Both the position numbers and the translations under genes were made by a program. The notes under the pieces were generated by a model. The model saw only the letters and a program-made list of their open reading frames with translations. It did not search any database and was not told where the DNA came from. Below are positions 22,770 to 30,429 of a stretch of DNA of 64,000 nucleotides, piece by piece. The stretch's first letter is position 1, and every line of letters begins with the position of its first letter. Location: positions 16,876 to 80,875 of the forward strand of contig JAMWCW010000007.1 of assembly GCA_023819145.1 (NCBI GenBank), written 5' to 3'. This stretch comes from Candidatus Omnitrophota bacterium (GTDB taxonomy: Bacteria > Omnitrophota > Gorgyraeia > DTHP01).

Positions 22770-24059
22770 TCATCTTTTTTGAAATTTATAACCTAAATCT
22801 TCTAGAAGCAACGATATTTTAAGATGTCCTATAATATAGGGCGCCATTAACAACTCAAAGGCATAGAAATTTTTCAAGACATGATTTTTAATTATTTGCT
22901 GCCAAGCTCCCGCCATTTTTCCCTTAAAAACCTCTTCCTTAACCAATAAAATCGCCTGAGCTAAAAAGGTGAGTGTTCCTGCAGCGGGGTCTAAAAGCGT
23001 AACAGTTTTATCCGCAAAACCGTCTCTCTTGTTAAATTTTTTCTTTAGTAGTATATTTATTGACCGTGTAATATAAGAAACAACTGGAAGCGGGGTATAA
23101 TATACACCTCTTGCTTCTCTTTTTTGGGGGTCATACTCAGCTAAAAATGTTTCGTAGAAATGCATTAAGGGGTCACCGCCTTTTTGGCGATGTAAATCCT
23201 GTCTAATTTTTTCTATATCGCAGTGGGCTAAAATCGTGGCGATATCATCCAAAATCCAGGTTATGGATTCAGGTAAAGCTGAACTTGAAATAAGAGAAAA
23301 AGTATCATGAAAAATATGGATATTTTTGGGGATATATTCGGAAGCTATAAAACGGCTAAAGTCTTTGCCTTGATATTGAAGCCGTGCAGTAAATAATCCA
23401 TAAGTTATAGTCTGAGCATAAATATCCGCAAAATCCTCTTTTGATAAATCCGGAATCAAATATTTCCTAAAGGCTTCATAAATCCTGTCTATCTCAGTAA
23501 TTTCTTGGTTGTTTAGCTCTTCAATAATATAAGAAGGCAAGAGCTGGGCCTTCTGAGCTAATTCTTCTGCTAAAGACTTCGCTGACTTTAATTCAGGGAT
23601 GTTGTATGAAAAGAAGGTATCAAGGAGCTTAAAGAAATCTTCCCCGTTGTCTGGCGGTGGCGCTGTTTTTAATTTTTTAAGAATTGACGGTTGACCAATC
23701 CTAACTTCTTTTACGACCTTACCACTCCTAAAAAGATGAAGATCTAAAAAGTTAGTTAAAATAAAATTTGGCAATCGAGCCCTGTAGCGCTCAATCTGTT
23801 CTGTATCATAAACATCGGTTAAATTGGTTAAGGTTAAATCTTTGGCTTCTATATAACCAATTAGTTCTTTGCCATTTCGTATTGTAAAATCGGGTTTTCC
23901 TGCCTTTGTTCTTCTTGCTTCAATTGTAATAGAAGGTTTTTTATTCTTAAAATTTAGATAGTTTTCTAATAATTTCTTTAAAGCAGAATAATAACTGGCT
24001 TCTGTGGCATCACCAGCTTTAAAAGTTTTTGTAATGTCTTCGAGATATTCTTTAAGCAT
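22770..24059 (-). CDS. MmeI-like Type IIL restriction-modification enzyme, N-terminal fragment (PD-ExK endonuclease domain plus MTase motifs X and I)
   Basis: GKPDFTIRNGKELIGYIEAKDL (PD...EAK nuclease motif, as in the MmeI N-terminus). RGVYYTPLPVVSYI (motif X). LLDPAAGTLTFL (motif I). Ends at TGA 22770-72 directly after an A6 tract. Confidence 0.75.
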   Translation of the reverse strand: MLKEYLEDITKTFKAGDATEASYYSALKKLLENYLNFKNKKPSITIEARRTKAGKPDFTIRNGKELIGYIEAKDLTLTNLTDVYDTEQIERYRARLPNFILTNFLDLHLFRSGKVVKEVRIGQPSILKKLKTAPPPDNGEDFFKLLDTFFSYNIPELKSAKSLAEELAQKAQLLPSYIIEELNNQEITEIDRIYEAFRKYLIPDLSKEDFADIYAQTITYGLFTARLQYQGKDFSRFIASEYIPKNIHIFHDTFSLISSSALPESITWILDDIATILAHCDIEKIRQDLHRQKGGDPLMHFYETFLAEYDPQKREARGVYYTPLPVVSYITRSINILLKKKFNKRDGFADKTVTLLDPAAGTLTFLAQAILLVKEEVFKGKMAGAWQQIIKNHVLKNFYAFELLMAPYIIGHLKISLLLEDLGYKFQKR

Positions 24060-24282
24060 TGTTTTTACTTATTATTCTTAATATTAATTATATAATAAAT
24101 ATATATTTAATTCCAAAATAAATCTTCGCCTAAAATAAAATTGGCAAGAAGTTAATGGCAAGTAAACACCGCAGGGACAATTGATATCTACAATGTCAGT
24201 GACTAAGCAATAAATTATATTTTAGTAGTTGTTTTTTCAAGATAAGTCAAAGTAGCGTTTAATAAGGATAATTGCTCATAGG

Positions 24283-24361
24283 TGGTCGGGGAGGACGGAC
24301 TTGAACCGTCGACCTCAGCGTCCCGAACGCTGCGCTCTAAACCAAACTGAGCCACTCCCCG
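24283..24361 (-). tRNA. tRNA-Pro (anticodon CGG)
   Basis: rc is CGGGGAGTGGCTCAGTTTGGTTTAGAGCGCAGCGTTCGGGACGCTGAGGTCGACGGTTCAAGTCCGTCCTCCCCGACCA. It folds as a 79-nt cloverleaf with a 7-bp acceptor stem, anticodon loop TTCGGGA, T-loop TTCAAGT and an encoded CCA. Confidence 0.9.
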
Positions 24362-24369
24362 GATTTGGG

Positions 24370-25107
24370 TTAGATAGTCAAAAGGTCTTTTAACCTTATG
24401 GCATTTTTTACGGCATAGCCGCAAGCATCATTATTAAAATAGGCATAAAGATCAATACCTTTTTCTATCCAGATTTTAGCCTTATCTACCCAAAATTTCA
24501 ACTCTTTTTCGGTATATTCTGAACCGTAAAGCGTTTTTCCTCCGTGAAAGCGTAGATATATAAAGTCACTGGTAACAATCTCAACCATCGGCCAAAATGG
24601 TGAATGGGCAATACATAAAGAAAAATTGTAATTCCTTAAAAGAGTATATACTTCCTCATTGAACCATGAGGAATGGCGAAATTCAAAAGCATAACGGATT
24701 TTATATCCCGAAATATCTTTACAAAATTTTTCTAATCTTTTAATATCTAATTTCATGTCCGGAGGAAATTGCCATAAAACTATTCCCAATTTTTCTTTCA
24801 GTTCTTTAAGTAGATTAAACAATTTTAGAAGATCATCATTAATACCATTGAGTTTCTTTACATGGGTAATATATCTTGAACCTTTAACAACGAATACGAA
24901 ATCCTTGGGAGTTTTCTTATACCAATTTTCAAATGTGCTTCTCCGCGGAAGACGATAGAAAGTAACATTTAATTCTACAGTGTTAAAGAATTTAGAGTAA
25001 TATTCTAACCATTTATTCTCTCGGAGCCCTTCAGGATAAAACAAACCATCTCCCCAGTGAGCATAGCTATAACCACTTGTTCCAATAAAAACCCTTCCCT
25101 TTTTCAC
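24370..25107 (-). CDS. DUF72 (YecE-like) family protein
   Basis: 245 aa. N-terminal IGTSGYSYAHW...FYP motif characteristic of DUF72. Confidence 0.75.
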   Translation of the reverse strand: MKKGRVFIGTSGYSYAHWGDGLFYPEGLRENKWLEYYSKFFNTVELNVTFYRLPRRSTFENWYKKTPKDFVFVVKGSRYITHVKKLNGINDDLLKLFNLLKELKEKLGIVLWQFPPDMKLDIKRLEKFCKDISGYKIRYAFEFRHSSWFNEEVYTLLRNYNFSLCIAHSPFWPMVEIVTSDFIYLRFHGGKTLYGSEYTEKELKFWVDKAKIWIEKGIDLYAYFNNDACGYAVKNAIRLKDLLTI

Positions 25108-25117
25108 TTTATAAAAT

Positions 25118-25756
25118 TTATAAAAAACCGTGCTCTCTAAGAAATCCTTCGCTTAAGTGTTCACCTTTTTTTTTCGTAAGAATTTTATTCACATATTTTG
25201 CAAAAATATCTATTTCAATATTCAAATAATCACCAATATTTTTAAAACCAAGTGTAGTATTCTCTGCGGTGTGAGGAATAATATTTACTGAAAAATAACT
25301 GTTTTCTATTTCTACTATCGTCAAACTTACTCCATCTAAAGAAATTGAACCTTTAGGAACAAGATAATCTAATATCTCTTTATTTGTATCCACAAATAAA
25401 GATATTCCACTTTCTTCTTTAATCTTCTTTAAAATTTTACCCATTCCATCTACGTGTCCTAAAACGATATGCCCACTTAAAAAAGAATCGAGCTTTAATG
25501 CCCTCTCTAAATTAACCTTTTCTTTTACTTTAAGCATTCCTAAGTTTGTACGCTTTAAAGTCTCTCCGATACAATCAAAAATTAATTTATCTTTTTTTGT
25601 CTCCACAATTGTTAAGCATACGCCATTTACTGAAACACTATCTCCAACTTTTAATGTGGTAATAATTTTCTCAGCCTTTATCTCTAATTTAAAAAAACTA
25701 TCCTTTTTCAAAATTTTATCCACTGAACCCAATTCCTCAATTATTCCTGTAAACAT
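25118..25756 (-). CDS. ribE: riboflavin synthase (alpha subunit)
   Basis: 212 aa. MFTGIIEELGSV N-terminus and internal duplication typical of riboflavin synthase. Confidence 0.9.
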   Translation of the reverse strand: MFTGIIEELGSVDKILKKDSFFKLEIKAEKIITTLKVGDSVSVNGVCLTIVETKKDKLIFDCIGETLKRTNLGMLKVKEKVNLERALKLDSFLSGHIVLGHVDGMGKILKKIKEESGISLFVDTNKEILDYLVPKGSISLDGVSLTIVEIENSYFSVNIIPHTAENTTLGFKNIGDYLNIEIDIFAKYVNKILTKKKGEHLSEGFLREHGFL

Positions 25757-25765
25757 ATTTAACTC

Positions 25766-26860
25766 CTATTTTTTTATATAACCAGAAATTAAAAAATCAT
25801 CTCCTATCCTTTTTATCGCTGTATTTTTCAATAAAATTGCCTTATTCAATTTCTCAACACCTTCTCCTTCCACAGAAGTAATTGCCTCTCGACCTCCGAT
25901 TATTTTTGGACTAATAAAGAAATAAATTTTATCTACAAGTTTTCCCTCTAAAAAAGAAGCGATGGTTTCTCCCCCTCCTTCTACTAAAACATGGGCTATT
26001 TCTTTTTCAAACAATTTTCTCGCTAAAGTCTTTAAATCAACTCTGCCATCTTTATCATTAACTACTATAACTTCTGCCCTGTTTTTAAATTCTTGCATTC
26101 TTCTCTTAGGAGCATACTTTGTGGTAGCAATAATTAATTTCCCAATAGATTTTTCAGAAAGGACTCTTGCCTTAAGCGGCATCCTCAATCTTGAATCCAA
26201 AATAATCTTATAGTAAACCTTTGAATTTAGAGTTTTGAATGCAGGGTTTAAGAGAGGGTTATCTTTAATTATTGTATTTACCCCTACTACTACCGCATCT
26301 ACTTCGTTACGTAATTCCTTTGCAAATGTACGTGCCTTTTCCGAAGTAATCCATTTAGATTCTCCGGTCTTGGTAGTAATCTTTCCATCAAGACTCTGAG
26401 CAACTTTTACAATTATAAAAGGGATTCTTTGAGTAATGTATTTTACGAAAACCTCATTAATTTTCCTTGCCTCATCTTCTAAAATTCCTACCTCCACCTC
26501 AATCCCTTTTTCTCTTAATTCTTTTATTCCTTTCCCGTTATTTAGAGGATTAGGATCAACCATCGCCGTATAAACTTTTTTTATCCCTGCAGAAATTATT
26601 GCTTTGGTGCACGGAGGAGTTCTGCCATAATGACAACAAGGTTCAAGATTTACATATAAAACTGCCCCTTTTGCTCTCCCTCCCGCCTCTCTTAACGCTT
26701 CTATTTCTGCGTGAGGAAACCCTGCTCTTTTATGAAATCCTTTACCTAATATTCTTCCTTCTTTTACAATAACACAACCTACTAGCGGATTAGGGCTGGT
26801 AAGTCCTTTTGATTTCAGAGCCAGTTTAAAAGCAGTACGCATATAATCTTCGTGGTTCAT
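25766..26860 (-). CDS. ribD: bifunctional diaminohydroxyphosphoribosylaminopyrimidine deaminase / 5-amino-6-(5-phosphoribosylamino)uracil reductase RibD
   Basis: 364 aa. Deaminase zinc motif HAEIEAL...PCCHYGRTPPC. C-terminal reductase domain. Confidence 0.92.
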   Translation of the reverse strand: MNHEDYMRTAFKLALKSKGLTSPNPLVGCVIVKEGRILGKGFHKRAGFPHAEIEALREAGGRAKGAVLYVNLEPCCHYGRTPPCTKAIISAGIKKVYTAMVDPNPLNNGKGIKELREKGIEVEVGILEDEARKINEVFVKYITQRIPFIIVKVAQSLDGKITTKTGESKWITSEKARTFAKELRNEVDAVVVGVNTIIKDNPLLNPAFKTLNSKVYYKIILDSRLRMPLKARVLSEKSIGKLIIATTKYAPKRRMQEFKNRAEVIVVNDKDGRVDLKTLARKLFEKEIAHVLVEGGGETIASFLEGKLVDKIYFFISPKIIGGREAITSVEGEGVEKLNKAILLKNTAIKRIGDDFLISGYIKK

Positions 26861-27675
26861 CGTTCTTTAATCCTCTCTTTCATCTCCTTAACCCATTCAT
26901 AAGAAATTTTTATACTCCCCAGCTCTCTTTTCCCCTTTATTCCATGACAATCAGAACCTCCGGTAACCAAAAGAGAATATCTTCTTGCTAAATATAGATA
27001 ATGCTCAGTTATTAAAGAAGATTGGTCGGGATGATAAACTTCAATCCCTTCAATACCCTCTTTTACCAATTTTTCAATCAGTTCATCTTTATTCATCTTA
27101 TAAGGATGGGCAAGAACAGTTACTCCTCCTACTTCTTTAACCATTCTTATTGCTTCGTGGGGTAAAAGACGAAATCTTTGTACATAACAGGGTGCATGAT
27201 TACCAATATATCTAGAAAATGCTTCAGAAATACTTCTTACATAACCACGTTTTAATAAAACCTGTGCCAAGTGTAGTCTACCTACCGAGCCTTCTCTTTT
27301 TTCCGTCACAACCTCTTTATAGTCTATATTGATCCCAAAAGCATTGAGCTTTTCTACCATCCTATATATCCTTTTTTCTCTTGCCCGACAAAATTCTTTT
27401 AATCTATTAACAAAACTTTCTTCCTGATGATCTATGAAATATCCTAAAATATGGATCTCTTTATCATCAAGTTCAGTGGTCAACTCTACGGCAGGAATCA
27501 CTTCTAAAGAAGAAGCGTATCTAAAAAGATGAGGAATGGCATCTACACAGTCGTGATCAGTAACTGCAATACAAGAAAGTTTCTTCTCATTCGCTTTATT
27601 AACAATTTCCTTAGGTGTAAAAAAACCGTCTGAAAAAGAGGAATGGATATGAAGGTCAGCAAATTGTGTTTCCAA
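26857..27675 (-). CDS. PHP-domain (polymerase/histidinol phosphatase-like) metal-dependent phosphoesterase
   Basis: 272 aa. N-terminal DLHIHSSFSDG, plus further His/Asp metal ligands (HDCVD, GGSDCHG). Confidence 0.8.
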   Translation of the reverse strand: METQFADLHIHSSFSDGFFTPKEIVNKANEKKLSCIAVTDHDCVDAIPHLFRYASSLEVIPAVELTTELDDKEIHILGYFIDHQEESFVNRLKEFCRAREKRIYRMVEKLNAFGINIDYKEVVTEKREGSVGRLHLAQVLLKRGYVRSISEAFSRYIGNHAPCYVQRFRLLPHEAIRMVKEVGGVTVLAHPYKMNKDELIEKLVKEGIEGIEVYHPDQSSLITEHYLYLARRYSLLVTGGSDCHGIKGKRELGSIKISYEWVKEMKERIKER

Positions 27676-27676
27676 A

Positions 27677-28099
27677 TTAAATCTCTCTAAGTTTTTTTAT
27701 ATCTTCTTTAAAAATTTTATCCAGTATACCATTTATAAATTTAGGAGATTCAACATCGCCATATTTTTTGGCTAATTCTATCGCCTCATTAATCACTACT
27801 TTTGGAGGAACTTCTTTAATAGAATTTAGTTCAAAACAAGACATGCGCAGTATATTACGGTCAATAACTGCCATACGGGATATTTCCCAGTTTTGAGCAT
27901 ATTTCTTAATCAACGAATCTATTTTTTCAAGATTTGCCAGAGTCCCTCTAACCAAATTGTCCGCATATGCTCTAATTTCTTCATTTACATCTACACCTGA
28001 CCAAAAACTTTCTCTACCTTCCTCATAAGAAACTCGATTGACATCTGTCTGATAGAGACATTGTAACGCCATTTCCCGTGCCACTGTACGTTTACGCAT
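27677..28099 (-). CDS. nusB: transcription antitermination factor NusB
   Basis: 140 aa. [16 protein letters not shown]. Conserved ribH-nusB adjacency. Confidence 0.88.
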   Translation of the reverse strand: MRKRTVAREMALQCLYQTDVNRVSYEEGRESFWSGVDVNEEIRAYADNLVRGTLANLEKIDSLIKKYAQNWEISRMAVIDRNILRMSCFELNSIKEVPPKVVINEAIELAKKYGDVESPKFINGILDKIFKEDIKKLREI

Positions 28100-28175
28100 T
28101 TACCCCCACACTTGTTGAGAAAGATTATAGTTTACATACCTAAAATTCAACCGAAAATGTACGGCAACCCATCAC

Positions 28176-28640
28176 CTATTTTATCTTATCTAAAAGATTC
28201 GCCATCTCAATAGCAGATAATGCTGCATCTCTACCTTTATTACCTTCTTTGGTCCCTGCGCGTTCAATTGCCTGTTCTATATTATCAGCAGTAATTATCC
28301 CAAAAATAACGGGAATCCCCGTAGAAATGTTTATCTGTGCAATCCCTTTGGTTACTTCGGCAGAAATATAATCAAAATGAGGAGTAGCACCACGAATAAT
28401 TGTTCCTAAACAGATTACCGCCTGAAATTTTTTAGATTGAACAAGTTTTGAAGCAATAAGAGGAATTTCAAAAGAACCAGGGGCCCAAGTTACTAAAATA
28501 TCTTCCTCCTTTGCACCATGCCTTAGTAGGGTATCAATACATCCCTCAAGTAGTTTCTGACTTATAAATTCATTAAAACGCGAAACCACAATAGCAAACT
28601 TCTTATCCTCTACTACTAAATCTCCTTTAATCAACTTCAT
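28176..28640 (-). CDS. ribH: 6,7-dimethyl-8-ribityllumazine synthase
   Basis: 154 aa lumazine synthase sequence (…VSRFNEFI…GAKEEDI…GSFEIP…). Confidence 0.92.
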   Translation of the reverse strand: MKLIKGDLVVEDKKFAIVVSRFNEFISQKLLEGCIDTLLRHGAKEEDILVTWAPGSFEIPLIASKLVQSKKFQAVICLGTIIRGATPHFDYISAEVTKGIAQINISTGIPVIFGIITADNIEQAIERAGTKEGNKGRDAALSAIEMANLLDKIK

Positions 28641-28751
28641 GGCTACCTCCTTTCTTTACAATTTTGAAAAGCAAGTATACAATTTTAGAAAACCGAATGT
28701 CTTGAATTGGTTAACTGTCTTAAACAAACTTTTTAATCTGATTATTCATAT

Positions 28752-29954
28752 TTAAATAGACAATTGATGCCCTAATTTTTCTTTTTTTGCCTTCAAATAT
28801 CTCTTGTTGAAAGGAGAGGGAGAAATTTCAATGGGAACACGTTCGACAATTTTGAGACCATAACCCTCCAGACCTACAATTTTACGTGGGTTATTGGTAA
28901 GTAACCGAATTTCCCTAACTCCCAAATCAAAAAGAATCTGAGCACCAATTCCGTATTCTCTTAAATCGGCATCAAAACCAAGAGCAAGGTTTGCTTCCAC
29001 TGTATCTAAACCTTTATCTTGCAAAGCATAGGCTCTAATCTTATTTTCTAAACCAATCCCTCTCCCTTCCTGGAGAAGATAAAGAATTACCCCTCTTCCT
29101 TCGCGGGCAATCATCTCCATTGATTTATTCAACTGTTCACCACAATCACATCTTTTTGAACCAAAGATATCGCCAGTTAAACACTGAGAATGAACCCTTA
29201 CGAGAACAGGCTGGATGTTTTTCTCTAAATCCCCTCTTACTAAAGCAATATGTAGGGCTTTATCAATCGATGACTCATAGAGAACAAGTCTAAATTCACC
29301 ATAATCTGTAGGAATAACCGTTTCGCTCACTCTATGAACAGATTTATCGGAACGTCTCCGGTAAGCAATAAGTTCAGCTATGGTTCCAATCCTGAGGTTG
29401 TGCCTTTGTGCAAACTCAAAGAGTTCCCTTGTCCTTGCCATCGTTCCATCCTCATTCATAATTTCGCAAATAACTCCTGCAGGATAAAGACCCGCTAATC
29501 TCATCAAATCTACACACGCTTCCGTATGCCCTGCCCTAACTAAAACTCCTCCTTCTTTTGCCCGTAAAGGAAATACATGACCAGGCTTAACTAAATCTTT
29601 CGCAGCTGTCTGAGGATCAATCAAAACTTTAATAGTATGGGCGCGGTCGTGAGCAGAAATCCCTGTTGTAATATTATTTCTAGCATCAACAGAAATAACC
29701 CAGGCAGTCTTATACGTATCCTGTGGTTCTTCAGCCATGGGATATAATCCCAACTCATCTAAGCGCTCGCCTTCCATGGGCACACAGATTAAACCCCTCC
29801 CATATTTGGCCATAAAATTGATGTGTTCCGCTGTAATAAAAGAAGCAGCAACAATAAGGTCTCCTTCATTCTCACGGTCCTTATCATCGAGCATAATCAC
29901 CATCTTTCCCTGTTTCAAATCTTCAATAATCTCTTCTATAGTATTGAATTTCAT
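28752..29954 (-). CDS. ribBA: bifunctional 3,4-dihydroxy-2-butanone-4-phosphate synthase / GTP cyclohydrolase II RibBA
   Basis: 400 aa. N-terminal DHBP synthase ([21 protein letters not shown]). C-terminal GTP cyclohydrolase II (CxxC…C zinc site). Confidence 0.92.
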   Translation of the reverse strand: MKFNTIEEIIEDLKQGKMVIMLDDKDRENEGDLIVAASFITAEHINFMAKYGRGLICVPMEGERLDELGLYPMAEEPQDTYKTAWVISVDARNNITTGISAHDRAHTIKVLIDPQTAAKDLVKPGHVFPLRAKEGGVLVRAGHTEACVDLMRLAGLYPAGVICEIMNEDGTMARTRELFEFAQRHNLRIGTIAELIAYRRRSDKSVHRVSETVIPTDYGEFRLVLYESSIDKALHIALVRGDLEKNIQPVLVRVHSQCLTGDIFGSKRCDCGEQLNKSMEMIAREGRGVILYLLQEGRGIGLENKIRAYALQDKGLDTVEANLALGFDADLREYGIGAQILFDLGVREIRLLTNNPRKIVGLEGYGLKIVERVPIEISPSPFNKRYLKAKKEKLGHQLSI

Positions 29955-29970
29955 AAACCCCTTAATCCTC

Positions 29971-30004
29971 CAAAATAAAATGTCCCGAAGTTATCCTCGG
30001 GACA
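29971..30004 (-). terminator. intrinsic terminator of the FMN-riboswitch expression platform
   Basis: Minus strand reads UGUCCCGAGG-AUAA-CUUCGGGACA (10-bp stem) followed by UUUUAUUUUG. It lies between the aptamer and the ribBA start, and an SD (GGAGGA) follows it. Confidence 0.7.
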
Positions 30005-30090
30005 ATATTTTATAACCGAATTAATCTACGGTAAAGAGAAAACAACGATTATAAAATCTTCTCCCCTCTAGACTATATGCCGAATACAAT

Positions 30091-30302
30091 GGTTCTCTTC
30101 AATCCGGCATCCTGACTTTAGTCAGGACAATCGGCACTGGAATTTCACCAGTTCTGTCCCGGTGAATCGGGATTCGCGGGCTTTACCCCTTTAGAAAACT
30201 ATCCTTCTCCTAAATCAAAACTCTCAACTCCCTTAAACACTTCCTTTCTTTTCTAAAAGGGAAAACCGCCGGTCAGGATTTACACCTCCTGCCATAGAAG
30301 AC
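30091..30302 (-). ncRNA. FMN riboswitch (RFN element) aptamer controlling ribBA-ribH-nusB-PHP-ribD-ribE
   Basis: The minus strand carries the RFN hallmarks. 5' half: UCUUCUAUGGCAGGAGGUGUAAAUCCUGACCGGCGGU. Centre: AGCCCGCGA. 3' half: GGUGAAAUUCCAGUGCCGAUUGUCCUGACUAAAGUCAGGAUGCCGGAUUGAAGA. P1 is UCUUC/GAAGA. P3 is long (UCCCUUUUAGAAAAG…UUUUCUAAAGGGG). Confidence 0.8.
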
Positions 30303-30345
30303 TATGGCAGGTCTGCCATAGCAGATGTCCCGAAGATTTATCTAA

Positions 30346-30406
30346 ATTTTATCAAAAACAGGTTTGTTTGTCAAGCCTTGACAGAAATAAAAATTTTTGC
30401 TATATT
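30346..30406. promoter_or_regulatory. divergent sigma70-type promoters sharing a palindromic -35 region (TGTCAAGCCTTGACA)
   Basis: Minus strand: TTGACA (rc of 30369-74), 17 nt, then TAAAAT (rc of 30346-51), driving the riboswitch and rib operon. Plus strand: TTGACA (30378-83), 17 nt, then TATATT (30401-06), driving the GGDEF gene. Confidence 0.55.
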
Positions 30407-30429
30407 TATATAACTTTATTTGTCCCCTT

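Larger units (their letters stand above)
20978..24059 (-). pseudogene. single-chain Type IIL (MmeI-family) restriction-modification gene disrupted by a +1 frameshift at an A6 tract (22775-22780)
   Basis: The two adjacent ORFs are in frames differing by one base and together cover a complete nuclease-MTase-TRD architecture (about 1014 aa). Deleting one A from the A6 run fuses them (…KFQKDDRFSLYLTNTLDLREITQ…). Confidence 0.5.

Noticed and set aside
24215-24424. 69-aa ORF on the minus strand
   Set aside because: It overlaps the tRNA-Pro gene (24283..24361) and has no protein-like features, so it is a spurious ORF.
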